A stretch of DNA of 64,000 nt from Octopus sinensis (lineage: Eukaryota): assembly GCF_006345805.1 (NCBI RefSeq), contig NC_042998.1, positions 137,950,001 through 138,014,000 of the forward strand, read 5' to 3'. Made by a program: the position numbers and the translations under genes. The notes below the pieces were generated by a model. The model searched no databases. It saw only the letters and a list, made by a program, of their open reading frames with translations, and was not told where the DNA came from. Shown here piece after piece: positions 11,992 through 25,315 of the stretch. Positions within the stretch are counted from its first letter, which is position 1; each line of letters starts with the position of its first letter.

Positions 11992-12208
11992 ACACGTGTA
12001 CCCATAACGTACTTCTCAGGGAGATTGAGCGTAACACAGAGTGTGACAAAGCTTGCCTTTGGAAATGCAGGTACTATTAATTTTTGCCAGCTGAGTGGAC
12101 TGGAGCAACGTGAAATAAAATGTCTTACTCAAGGACACAGCGCGTCGCCGGGAATTGAACTCACGACCTTACGATCGTGAGCCGAATGCCCCTAACCACT
12201 AAGCCACG
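11990..12208 (-). mobile_element. tRNA-derived SINE (family A, internally shortened)
   Basis: Reverse complement cgtggcttagtggttaggg...gagttcaattcccgg head; CORE-like tgtccttgagtaagac. Confidence 0.75.
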
Positions 12209-12763
12209 ATCCAGATTCGGGCTTTGCTGTATAGTGTTAGAACAAGTAACTTAGAGATGGTCGGTGTCTGCAGGAACCAGATGGGTGTTCTGTAAGAACA
12301 GTAGAAAAAATTAGAGGCATTTCTTTGTTTCCGAAAGGCCCCACCCACATCAATATTAGTATTACAACAACATACCACATTTGTCTACATTTCACGTTAG
12401 CTACCTACTCCTATGTGATGGGTAAGGTGTGGTTAAATTATGCAGCGTATCAAATCGTACTGCAAAGAGGGTGGGGACTGCAGACTGAAAGCTTGCTTTG
12501 ATGTGTGGACAAAGAATGCATAGAAACATAATTGAGAGAACAGCACTATGTATGCTTATTTGTTAACATTGCTGTTCACAGATGTATGTATGAATATATC
12601 CGATGTATTATCATACACAGAATTTTGAGTATGAGGAAAGAGTATAAGGCGTGGCCACCTACATTGTATGTGTACACATGTATATGTATTCGTGCATATA
12701 TATTCATCCATCCATACACACACACACACAATACAGATATATATATATATATATATATACATA

Positions 12764-12976
12764 CAGGGTTGGCCAAAAGTCACCCGACAGCAAATCAAAA
12801 TTCCATAAATACTATGTGTAATTCTGTATTGACTCGAATGGAAAAATATGTCGCTGAAGAAGTACTTCAGTTTCGTATTTAGATACTTTTATCAAATTCA
12901 TTCAATTGTTAAACATAAATAAATCTTGGAATTGAATGGTTTTGATTTACTGTCAGGTGACTTTTGGCCAACCCTG
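12764..12976. mobile_element. 213-bp Tc1/mariner-type MITE
   Basis: ~37-bp TIR CAGGGTTGGCCAAAAGTCACC(C/T)GACAG(C/T)AAATCAAAA; TA on both flanks. Confidence 0.9.
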
Positions 12977-13009
12977 TATATATATACAGTGTATGATGTG
13001 TGTGTATGT

Positions 13010-13044
<35 letters not shown>

Positions 13045-13553
13045 AACTCGCTGATGGGATACGTTATTTAAAAAAACGCTACCAGGAAATAGAGGAGAGA
13101 TACAGCACTGAATTTAGGAAGTATATTGAAAAGGCATGGAAGAGATACCTCGACGATTGCTTCATTTGAATCATTACTTTTCCATCATTGGATGTAGCAG
13201 ATTTGAATGATATACAAATAAAATAACGGTTTCAAATTTTCCCACAAGGCTGGTAATTTTGATTGAGGGGAAAGTCAATTACATCGATTCCTGTTCTCCA
13301 CTGGTACTTATTTTATCGACCATGAAAGGATGAAAGGCAGAGTCGGCTTTGGCAGAATTTGAACTCAGAACGTAACGACGGATGAAATGCCTGGAGCCTA
13401 TACTTGCAACACTTAACACATTCTAGTTAAGGAAATTCCCAGTTAAGGAATTTTCATGACGGGACACGGGACCACTGTTTGGAAACACTATTTTTATTGA
13501 ATTGATCTAGTGCCTAATTGGTATTCATACTTCAAAACATTACTATTGTGAAA

Positions 13554-13800
13554 GCACATGGCTTAGTGGTTAGGGTGTTGAACTCATGATCATAAGATTG
13601 TGGTTTCGATTCATGGACCGGGCGACGCGTTGTGTTATTGAGAAAAACACTTCATTTCACGTTGCTCCAGTCCGCTCAGCTGGCAAAAGTGAGTAATCCT
13701 GCGATGGACTGGCGTCCCGTCCAGGTGGGGAATTTATATACCATAGAAATTGGGAAACCGGCCCTTGTGAGTCGGCATGACCCCAGAAGGTAACTTTACT
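13554..13800 (+). mobile_element. tRNA-derived SINE
   Basis: tggcttagtggttaggg...ggtttcgatt head; near-identical sister copy at 14966-15212. Confidence 0.75.
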
Positions 13801-14198
13801 TTTAACTAATTTTTGTTTAAATATTAGAACGTCAGTCCTTAGTGGGCTATGGACTACAGATTCGGTGTCCGTAGCTGATGAAGCATAACGACACAGAAAA
13901 CGAGTTTTATGGCCCGATGACGTCATTCATAGTCCAATAAAATGTTTTGCACATTTATTGTTCGTAAGGAGAATTTCTCTCTCGAGATAATTTCTGCATT
14001 GTAGGTTTTTTTCCACGTTTTAGTGTACACGAACATGTTAAATATAATTGCACGCACATATATTTCAATCAATGCTGCTTTGTGTGCCTCTAGCTAATAC
14101 ATTCTATTCATTGCTCCACCACAAATCTGTCAATTTACCCCCTTTAAGTAGATATTTAAAAAAAAAAATTATTTTTCCTCCTTTTATTTTGATATCAG

Positions 14199-14367
14199 CA
14201 CGAAAACTACTCCCCAACGGGTGGCTTTGAGAACGACATCGCCATGATTGAGTTACCAGAAATTCTAGATTTGAATCCTAAATCAGTGTTTCCTATTTGC
14301 ATTGCTAGTAAACAACTATCTATTGATCTTCATGATTGCTGGATGACTGGATGGGGTAATACAGAAG
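14199..14367 (+). CDS. S1A serine protease exon 4 (NDIA with catalytic Asp; CWMTGWG)
   Basis: atcAG acceptor; HENYSPTGGFENDIAMIELP...VFPICI...DCWMTGWGNTE; GTGAGT donor; Asp102 codon 14235-14237. Confidence 0.96.
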
Positions 14368-15723
14368 GTGAGTGAGCTATGACTTCTTCAAGCAATAACG
14401 TACGTAGTGTTTAGAAGATGATTATCAAAGTGGCTCTCTGTAAAGCGGTATATTGGTACAATCGTTTGAGCGTCGAATAGAATGCCTCAGTCTCTTGAGT
14501 TCATATTCCATTGAGGTTAGTTTTCCATTTCATCCTTTCGAGTTCGATAAAAAAAAACGGTACAGATCTAGGGTGAGGAGTTGTGCAGTTTTTTACTCTC
14601 TGAGTTTCTAGCTTTCTTGGGTAGTAGACTTAAGCTGTCACTTGGTTTAACACTACCACAGGTATTCCACAGTGGATAACTCCAATAATACTAGTTTCGG
14701 GGGCCTAGTGAAGGATAATGGTCCCTGTGAAAGATAATGGGCCCTCCCTATCTTGTACTCTGATTAAAAGAAATAATAATTCCGAGTATCGACACTGACT
14801 TTTGAAAGCACAGATATCTAAGTCAATAACATCAAGTCAGAGGCTGCAACATAAATGTAAAACATTCGATGTGGACAACGAAAAATACTACGCGGTCACT
14901 CGACCTGCAAGATATAGCAGCCAAATCTCCTGTAAATTATACACCCTCGTCTGTAAAAGGTGGAAGTGAGTGGCTTAATGGTTAGGGTATTGGACTCATG
15001 ATCATAAGATTGTGGTTTCGATTTCTGGACCGGGCGACGTGTTGTGTTCTTGGGCAAAACACTTCATTTCACGTTGCTCCAGTCCACTCAGCTGGCAAAA
15101 ATGAGTAGTCCTGCGACAGACTGGCATGCTGCTCAGGCGGGGAATTTATATGCCATGGAAACCATGAAACTGGCCCTTATGAGTCTGTATTGTTCGGGAA
15201 GAAATTTCACTTTTCTTTTACGTCTGTAAAGGAATTACCAATCCAAAGCAGATGATTGGCCGAAACTTTAGCAGGTTGGGTAAGATTCCTCACGATATTT
15301 GTTCAGACTTTCTGCATTCCAAGTTGAAATCCGGCCGTTACCTTTTATTTTTATCTTGCGATTGAAAGTACCATTTCCATGGTGGTGGATTGGTGGAACT
15401 GTAAGAAAGTCGGGTGAGCTACTTTGTAATGTTTGATCCGGCTCTGTTCTGAGACCAATGATTGTGATGATGCTGGTACCAAGCTATACCTGACCATGTC
15501 AGTGGCTTTTCTCTTGCATAAACATCAATGTCATTGAAAAGGGGAAACTTATATGCATGAGTAACTGATAGTATTCTTCAAGAAATCTTGTCCATGTCTG
15601 TACATTCCTCTGTAGATACATTGTCAACTTTAACCGATGGAGTTTCTAAGATAGATAGTCATACTGATAGATTTGTCGATTCAAACTTTCTCCAGATTCT
15701 TTCAATAATTTGTCTCGTTGTAG

Positions 15724-15857
15724 GCACTGCTGATCCAAATGTTCTCCAAACATTGAAAGTTCACATTTGGCACCATCAAAGATGCAAGGATGTATGGACA
15801 GGACTGATTGGTGATGGTCATATTTGTGTTAGTTCTGGAAATTCAGGAGCATGTTTG
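15724..15857 (+). CDS. S1A serine protease exon 5
   Basis: gtAG acceptor; GTADPNVLQTLKVHIWHHQRCKDVWTGLIGDGHICVSSGNSGACL; GTAAGA donor. Confidence 0.95.
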
Positions 15858-15929
15858 GTAAGAGTTTTATTTAGCGAGATATGGAAATGCGAACATGTGC
15901 ACACAAACACGCTTGCGTACATGCATAAT

Positions 15930-16300
15930 ACCTACCTACCTACCTACCTACCTACCTACCTACCTACCTACCTACCTACCTACCTAACCTACCTACCTAC
16001 CTACCTACCTACCTACTCACCTACCTACTCACCTACCTACCTACCTACCTACCTACCTACCTACCTACCTACCTACCTACCTACCTAACCTACCTACCTA
16101 CCTACCTACCTAACCTACTACCTACCTACCTACCTACCTACCTACCTACCTACCTAACCTACCTACCTACCTACCTACCTACCTACCTACCTACCTACCT
16201 ACCTAACCTACCTACCTACCTACCTACCTACCTACCTACCTATCTACCTACCTACCTACCTACCTACCTACCTACCTATCTACCTACCTACTTTCCTACC
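15930..16300. repeat. (CCTA)n microsatellite, interrupted by a SINE and resuming at ~16610
   Basis: Direct reading. Confidence 0.95.
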
Positions 16301-16961
16301 TCACCTGGCTCTCGGTCGGTTATGACGACGAGTGTTCCAGTTGATTCGATCAACCGAACAGCCTGTTCGTAAAATTAACGTGCAAGTGGCTGTTAACGTA
16401 CCCTTAACGCAGTTCACTGAGAGATTCAGCATGACACATAATGTGGCAAGGCTGGCCGTTTGAATTACAGGTACAGCACATTTTTTCCAACTGAGTGGAC
16501 GGGAGCAACGGAAAATAAAGTGTCTTGTTCTTAGACGCAATGCGCTGCCGGGAATCGAACTCACGACCTTACGATCGTGAGCCGAATACTCTAACCACCA
16601 AGCCACGCACCTACCTACCTACCGACCTACCGACCTACCTTCATTAATTCGTTCATTCATTCATTCATTCATTCATTCATTCATTCATTCATTCATTCAT
16701 TCATTCATTCATACATACAATGTGCAAGCCAACTCGTGACTGAGTAGGACCACTTTCTAAACTCAGCGAGTCCACAAAAATGTTCCAAGAGTTCAAGAAG
16801 TTCCTGTACCTGAATTTCTTTTGAGTTCAGCATGAGCCCACTTTTCAGTGGAACCAGCTATAAAACCAATGGTACAACAGAGGCTGAGACGACCAGAAGC
16901 CAACTGCACTTCACGTTTCTATTATTACAGCTTACCTTTACCTAGACAGAAGTTATAACGA

Positions 16962-17041
16962 GAATTGCTAGTTAACCCATAACAAATAGTTAATTGCTAG
17001 TTAACCCATAACAAATAGTTAATTGCTAGTTAACCCATAAC
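16962..17041. repeat. 29-bp minisatellite, ~2.7 copies
   Basis: aattgctagttaacccataacaaatagtt repeated. Confidence 0.9.
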
Positions 17042-18109
17042 TTGGGTCCTAACAGGTGCTACTATTCCAGGTCAGAGTAGACCTAAGAACAAATGGCCAA
17101 TATATTGTTCCACACTCCTCAAAACACTGGAACTCTCATACCAGGGCCCCAGCACCGGAAGCAGTTTAAAGCCATACTCAGTATTATATACATATATGAG
17201 TGGTTTTCTGTCAATTTCAACTATAAGAATGGTTATTCAGTTGTTCCATAAATTATATCACCGGTCACGTAGAATTAGCATATGAGTGGCTGAGTATTCT
17301 ACGGTCATGTGTACTCTTAAATTAATTCTCAAGCAGAATCAGCGTGACACGTACGTGCGGCATGGTTGTACCTTTGAATCACGATTAAAATTCATCGTAT
17401 GATCTTCCATAAAGTTTCCATCTAATTTGTTTCACTCACAATCTATTGGGTGATCCGAAGTGATAGAAAATGATGGGTCGACCCCACAAACATATGCAAA
17501 ACTGGATTAACGCACCAAATACACACATATACATATCTATTTCAACATACACACATATAAATAGTAAATACATTTTAATGCACATGCACATATACATATA
17601 CGTAAATTAAGCGGGTTCTAACGCACAAATACACACAGGTAAATACGCATGCACAAAAGGGCATCAAATGCATAAATACAAACGTATAAACACGGCAAAC
17701 GCATATACGCAGCATTAAAGAAACGCACAAACACCATACCTCCATATTTCAATACACACACTACACTCACTCACACACATACACACACATACATATGCGC
17801 ACGCATACTAACATCGCATTTTTATAACTACACACATTATCATGTACTAGTGATTCATGAAACCAATATTTACATGCAGCAAAACACATACACACATCAA
17901 AAATGTGTACACAATACACTCACACACATACCGCTCTATACACATAAATGAAAACAAACACAGATACAGGTACTCTGTCGGTTACTACGACGAAGTTTCC
18001 AGTTGATCTGATCCAAGGAACAACCTGCTTGTAAAATTAACGTGCAAGTGGCTGAGCACTCCGCAGTAAGATTCATCGTGACACAGAATGTCTCAGTATA
18101 ACCATCTGT

Positions 18110-18693
18110 CGTTCCTTCGGTGTATTCTTTTGTTCTGATGGAGGTTTTTCTCATCTTGGAAAAACGAAGCATTCCATCTCTTGGTGTTTTAGCTTGCTAA
18201 GCAAGCGCTTTGCACGGATCGAACAATTTACTGTTGTCACATCCGACATAAACTGAACCCTCCGCATCACATACAACTTGTACTGGATATCCTCATGCAC
18301 AAGTCTTCTGATTGTGCATTCCGAAACCCTGATGTCTTTTGCAATGGCTTTGATTAACTTTTCGAGATATTTTATCATTTAGTTCATGGACTATTTGTAC
18401 AAAGTTATGTGTTCCGAATGCGTTTTGCGTTTAGCTACTGATGTCGGATCCCCGTCAGCAGCTTCCAGCTCCTTTCGAACTTTGACCACGAAGGATCAAG
18501 CAACTTTCAGGAAGCAAGCCATCTATGTATCACTATGCTGCGCTTTTAAGGCAACAATTACAGTTTGCCTTTTCATTTGCTGAATCAACATGATGTCTGA
18601 CATTATTTATCTGAAAATTAAGGTAAAAGAAAATAAGTTAGGAGAAAGTTAGAGCTCTTGAAAGACGTGTCTTCAAAAAATTGATTCATCCTG
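18110..18693 (-). mobile_element. maT/DD37D-like mariner transposon 5' fragment in protease intron 5
   Basis: AIAKDIRVSECTIRRLVHEDIQYKLYVMRRVQFMS...IRAKRLLSKLKH; CAG terminus with TA at 18694-18695. Confidence 0.75.
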
Positions 18694-18732
18694 TACATAT
18701 AATAATTTTTCTTCTTATATTTTTTTTACCAG

Positions 18733-18903
18733 GGTGATTCTGGCGGCCCGCTGTCTTGTAAAATCAACGACCGTTTCGTACTTGTTGGCATAGCATCGTG
18801 GGGTGTCACAAGTTGTCGTAATAACGACTTCCCAGACGTTTATTCCAATGTAACTTTTTATTTGGACTGGATTCGGAGTCATGCTTCTTTGGCCAACAAC
18901 TGA
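18733..18903 (+). CDS. S1A serine protease exon 6 (GDSGGP with catalytic Ser; stop)
   Basis: tttttttaccAG acceptor; GDSGGPLSCKINDRFVLVGIASWGVTSCRNNDFPDVYSNVTFYLDWIRSHASLANN*; Ser195 codon 18739-18741. Confidence 0.97.
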   Translation, partial: GDSGGPLSCKINDRFVLVGIASWGVTSCRNNDFPDVYSNVTFYLDWIRSHASLANN

Positions 18904-19044
18904 TCTATATCTGTCTGTCTGCCTGTCTAGCCGTCTGTCTATCCGTCTGCCTGTGTGTCTATCTTTTTTTGTTTGTCTTTTTGTCTGTATGTATGTATGT
19001 ATCTAGCAGTCTGCGGGTCTGTCTATCTATGTGATGGCTCAGCC

Positions 19045-19050
19045 AATAAA
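19045..19050 (+). terminator. Candidate polyadenylation signal of the protease gene
   Basis: First AATAAA about 140 nt after the stop codon. Confidence 0.4.
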
Positions 19051-21367
19051 GTAGGATTAGATGCAATTGATTCGATTGACTTTAGGTACTTTTATAGAAA
19101 CAGGAGCCTCGTCTCTAAAGAAATCCTTACTATAATATATACTGTGGTGACGAGCTGGTATAATCGTTAACATATTGGATCAAGTGCTTAGCGGCGTTTC
19201 TTCTGCTTTTACGTTTGAGTTCAAATGTCGTTGAAGTCGACTTTGCCTTTTATGCTTTTGGGGTAGATACAATAAGTTTCAGTTGAACACTGGAGTTGTT
19301 GTAATTAACTAGCCCAACACCACCAAATTTCAGGCCTTGTACCTATGGCAGAAAAGACGGTGAGCTGGCAGAATCGTTAGCACGCCAGGCAAAATGTTTA
19401 GAGAAATCATTTTTTGGATTCATAACCAAGAATCGAAACCTTAACCTAGATTTTCCTTCAAGACCTTTTCCTTTACTCGGAAATTTATGAGGTTACCTGT
19501 CAAACTTATTTTGGTTCCTAGAGTCATTTGGTGCTTATGACAGATAAGACACATACATACCTTTGCTCTCGGATATACATTCAGTTTTTCTCATAGGTAT
19601 AAGTAGGAACTCTGAGAGAACATCAGCGGTCAGTTTTCCTTCGCTTTCTAGCAAGCAACTTTCCCTAAGACACACACTTTAAGAAGCGCGAACATTCATT
19701 CTTGTTATTCTCCTTGAACTACTAAACTGCTGACTACTGCTAAAGCCTTGTTTACTGACCCCCACCACATACATGTGTATGTATTATGTAAATACGTTAA
19801 AATCCAAGCTGTGTTCTCTTGAAGCACATCTGCTTATTTCAGTATTCCAAATCCCATATGTCGATGTTATATTACATTACAAATGTTTCATTTTCTAATT
19901 GGAGTTATAAAGTTGTACATGCATGAGAAACATGTAAGATATTTCCATGTGTGAAATGTGATATCGAAGTAATCTCTTATTTACTTAATCATTGCTACTA
20001 CATGTACTATCACCACCAAACAAACAAACGTACTTACAACAGGCTTTTAGACATTTTAGCATAGCCATTTTAGCTCCACCTTGTTGGCGTCGTAGATTCG
20101 ACGCTGACTTATTTGACATTAGATATTTTAATGTTTCTTTCATTTTCATATTTCTCTCATTCTCTCTCCCCCTTTCCACTCCCCCTATCTCCTCTTTCTT
20201 CCCCTCTTCCGCCTTTTTCTCCCCTTCTCCCTTTCTCTCTCTGTTCATGTGTGCGAGAAGAGGCAAAGTGCTTGTGTCAATCGTGTTCAATTAATAAATT
20301 GTAATGTCTCATTCTTTTTATTTCTATGTGTATATTTCTGCGCTTGCTTGCGTGCGTGTGTTTGCCTTCAGCACCAAGGGTTTCTATTTACAACACACGT
20401 TTATTGTTCAGTCAACTATGCAAATTGTCAGCGTCAAAACATCTGCGCCCAGTTGTCTCATTCTGATTATAGTATTACTACAACAGCATCCTAAAACTAT
20501 ATCCTTCTCATTCAGTAATTTCTTCACTCTACACAAGCGCCCCAAAATAGCAGTAGCAATATTAATAATGTCAATAATAAGTAGAGGGGAAACAGTTACT
20601 CTAGCGAGTCCAATATACCCGCCTCTGTTATTTATCGCTAGCCAAATCAATGGAGCCAACTAGGGAGTTTCTGCTTGGTCGCTCAACCTGCTAAGAAAAG
20701 CAACCAGATCTTGTTTAGAACCCATTCTATTGAATTACATAAGAAAATAATACATCAGTTAATGTAGTCTTAGATACCCATAGAAATATTGGAGTGGTTA
20801 TGGCTGAAATACTTTCTCGAACAGGTTTGACCTAGGACGAAATAATGGTTTCTGATTTAGGTACAAGGTCAGCAATTTTGAGTGGGGAGAGTGGTCACTA
20901 ATATAGACTCCATTACTTGACTGGAATTCTATTTTTATCGACCATGGAAGGATGAAAAAACAAAGTTGACTTCGGCAGGAATTGAATGATCCTCTCAGCT
21001 CATTGCTACAACCTGGAGCTAAATAATAGTAACAGTTTCTAATTAAGGTACAAGGCCAAGAGTTTCTGAGAGGAGGGGTTAGTCGATTATATCGACCGAA
21101 GTACTTGATTTATATTTTATGTTATCGACGCCGGAAGGATGAAAAGCCAAGTCGATCAAGGTAGAGAGCCGGAAGAAATGCCACATGGTATTTCTTCAGC
21201 ACTATAACGATTCTGCCAGCTCACCACCTTAATCGGGGCTAAACAAAGATGACGACGACGACAATAACAACAACAACAGCAAAATAGCCTCGGGCCGATT
21301 GAAGCCTCGTGAGTGGATTTGGTAGATGAAAACTGAACGAATCCCGTCGTATATATATATATAATAA

Positions 21368-21500
<133 letters not shown>

Positions 21501-22820
21501 ATAACTATGTGTGAGTCTTTGTGTCTGTGTTCGCCCCGTCACCGCTTGACAGCTTGTGTTGGTATGTTTACATCTCCATAACATAACGGTTGTGCAAAAG
21601 GGACCAATAGATTAAGTACTAGGCTTTAAAAAATAAGTACTGGGGTCGATTTGTTCCACTAAAACCCTTCAAGGTGGTGTTCCAGTATGGCTGCAGTCAA
21701 ATTACTGAAACAAGTAAAAGAAGAAAATAATAAATTATATAAATTACCTAGGTCTTAAATGGGCTCTACTATTTTTGTATCAGTCTAAGTCCCTCGGCTG
21801 CTTGAGATAATATTGGAAAATTGTCGAGCTAATGACGGTTATTGAACCAGAAACATGCGTCCATGGCTCTCCTCTTATATCCCAACCCTTTTCCTAAATG
21901 GTATGTCAGCTTTGGAGAAATCTTGAATCTTGAGATGATCTCCCCTTATCAAGTGGAGCTGATCTTAATAGCCATTTAATAATTTTGATACAACTTCAAG
22001 AGGCGGAGATAATTTTAAGAAATCAAGAATTTGTGTTGTATGTAGTCGACATTCCTGTATTTGTGTGGCACATAAATACAATAGCTTGACTATTGTAATG
22101 AGGGAGATAAGACACGTCTAGATTGTCACAATGCACCACTTATCATTAAGCATTACATTTCAGAAAGTCAGGATGTCGTCTATGTCGGCACGAAGGTAGA
22201 CAGAAGCATGATATATGCTTGTGTGTGTGTGTGTGTGTATAAAGATAAATATGACTGGTCTATAAAGCGCTTAGCTTTACAGCGTTTCTCCAAATGCACT
22301 GAAAAAACCCCAGTAAAAACACTTTGAACTTTGAAAGTTGAACCCCAGCGAAAATCGGTGGCGATTGGTAAAATATAATTTTTCTTAGAAAAAGATGATT
22401 TTTTCTTCTGTTGGGTTACAACATGCTCTAAAATTTATTTAGTAAAACTTTTTTATTCGAAGGATTTTCAATAATACGAATCTGATTTTTCTATCTCTCG
22501 TTTTAGTAAAACTCTGTCTGCGACAACAGACACTGATACTTTTACAGTAAAACTGTTGTATGAAAACTTTTGTTATGTGAAATCATATTTTTGTATGTTT
22601 ACTTTCATAAATAAAAATATGATAAAATATTTACTTCCTTTGTTAAAAAAATAAACTTGTTTTATTCAAACAAATATATATTGGTATAAAAATTTACTGC
22701 ATTTTATAATCCTTTCTTAGCATTTTAGCTACATACATGTATATATATATATATATACGTATGTATATGTGTGTGAGTGTGTATATACATTTATATACAT
22801 ACATATATGTATATATATGT

Positions 22821-22894
<74 letters not shown>

Positions 22895-22941
22895 CACACA
22901 CCCTCACACATACACGCGCAAGTGTGTGTGCGTGCGTGTAT

Positions 22942-23106
22942 CAGAACGGGCTCTAGGGTTGCTGGCGCCCCGGGCAAGCTGAACTTCAGAGTGTACAAGA
23001 TGACGGTCATGGAAATTTCTTTGTTTTTGTCATACCCACCTTGGCGCACCCCGTAGCACATGGTGCCCCTAGCGACTACCCGAGTTGCCTGTACCTTGAG
23101 CCGGCC

Positions 23107-23109
<3 letters not shown>
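22942..23109. mobile_element. Short GC-rich MITE-like element, hAT-like ends
   Basis: CAGAACGGGCTCTAGG ... CCTTGAGCCGGCCCTG imperfect TIR; internal GCGCCCC motif; no clear TSD. Confidence 0.55.
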
Positions 23110-23144
<35 letters not shown>

Positions 23145-23563
23145 CTGAAGACTTGTTCTTTAAATTCCACATTATAATGATATTAAACTGGTTAAATGCA
23201 GAGTTGTCAGTAATATAAGTTTCATAAATATAATTACTAGTATTCAGTAAAGAAAGATATTGTGAGTAAACTTCAACTACGAGCCAATTAAGAAGATACG
23301 CCCCAGAAGTTAAACCAGCAGATAACAAGATACAAAAAGTGTTATGTTGAGCAGTAGGGTTTTTACTGTTTCTATTAATAGTAAATTTGTGACACCGAAG
23401 CCTGGGACTTTTGTATTTGCTATGTTAGGCATCCCCCCCCCACACATTTATGAACGATAATTCGCATATTTGCTCTTAACACGTCTAATCTGATTCAGAC
23501 ACAAAATAGCTGGTCACTGCATCTAACACCCACCACACATATATATGTTTGTGTATATGTATG

Positions 23564-23600
<37 letters not shown>

Positions 23601-23882
23601 CATGCCTGTATATATAAGATAGATATACTAAGAAGTTTGCTTCCCAACCACATTGTTTCGAGTTGAGTCTCACTTGGATAAGTGTCTTCTACTATAGCCT
23701 CGAGTCGACTAAAGCCTTGTGAATGGATAATGTAGACGGAAACTACAAGAAGCCTGTCGTATATATATATATATATGTGAGCTAACAATCGTACTGACTT
23801 TCATGGGAAACATGTATTTTTGTGGTTGAAACCTTTTGGATTAACTGGTGCTAGAGTGAGCCATATAGTGACCACTCTCTTA

Positions 23883-23984
<102 letters not shown>

Positions 23985-23999
23985 CGTGTGTGTGTGTGC

Positions 24000-24035
<36 letters not shown>

Positions 24036-24489
24036 TGGGCCTTTGTGTCTGTGTTTGTCCTCCGTCACCGCTTGACAGCAGCTGTTGGTGTGTTTACGCC
24101 GCTGTAACTTAGCGTTTATGTAAAAGGGCTCAATAGAATAAGTACTAGGCTTAAAAAAATAAGTTCTGGGGTCGATTTGTTTGACTAAAACCCTTCAAGG
24201 CGGTGTTCCAGCATAGCCGCAATCAAATGACTGAAACAAGTAAAAAAATCCATCCATCCATCCATCCATCCATCCACCTGAATACAAAGAAGGCATTTTG
24301 ACTGAGATGTGCAAGCCATAATAATGAAACGAGAAAAAATTGTAAAAATATGACTCAAAGACTGAGAGTTTCGTGTGTTAGCACTTGTCAAACGAGTTAA
24401 GCTGGAGTGCTCACATAAACAACAATGTCAACATGGCCCGCAGATGTGCTCCTGGATCCTCAACCATTATCTTTCTTCTCTCCAGCTTC

Positions 24490-24625
24490 GCCCGTCCTCG
24501 CTTTGAAACAAAATATTATAAAAATTGAAACACTCCAGAGATCGATCACAAGAAAAATAGACGACATGATAGGTCTTGATAATTGGGATCGTCTTGAGAA
24601 ACTCAAAATAAAGAGTCAAATATAT
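24490..24625 (+). mobile_element. CR1/L2-like LINE RT C-terminal remnant
   Basis: LKQNIIKIETLQRSITRKIDDMIGLDNWDRLEKLKI resembles the KQ..I..LE.VQR.ATR.I..L..L.Y..RL..L motif. Confidence 0.6.
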
Positions 24626-25078
24626 GACTCTATGCTTTTGCATATGGTTAAAAAAATAAGAAAATGGGGGAAAACTGTGGATGGTAGGATTGATACACCA
24701 TCGAATAAAATACCTTTTGGTATTAGGCTTGGTTTCATCCCTCTATGATCTAAGTTCAAATTCAATCCTGGCTCTACTAATTTGTCATTCATTCTTTTGA
24801 GGCCGATAATTCTATATACTAAGCGAAAAGTCCTGCTGTTGTCTCTGCTTACTGCGCTTCTTGTGTTTTGGTGTACCTCGGTCAGTACCTGACCCTTGAC
24901 CCAGTATAAATTACTATTGTATAATATCATTCGTACCTACCCCTGAAAGTATTACACACATGTTTATGGTTGGTATATTTGCGGATAACTTAATCGTAAT
25001 ATCAAATATAGGACCCATTCCTTTGCAGAGCTAGTTTTTACGAGCCTGGCAAACTTCCTCTGCATCACTCAGCAAATA

Positions 25079-25113
<35 letters not shown>

Positions 25114-25278
25114 ATGTATGTATGTATGTATGTATGTATGTATGTACGTACGTACGTACGTATGAATGTATGTATGTATGCATGCAAGCATGTATGTATG
25201 TATGTATGTATCTATCTATCTATCTACATATATACAGACATTCAAACATGTCTGTATGTATGTATGTATGTATGTATG

Positions 25279-25315
<37 letters not shown>

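Noticed and set aside
20249-20663. Cys-containing exon-like ORFs downstream of the protease
   Set aside because: Overlapping short ORFs on both strands, no recognisable domain or partner exon.
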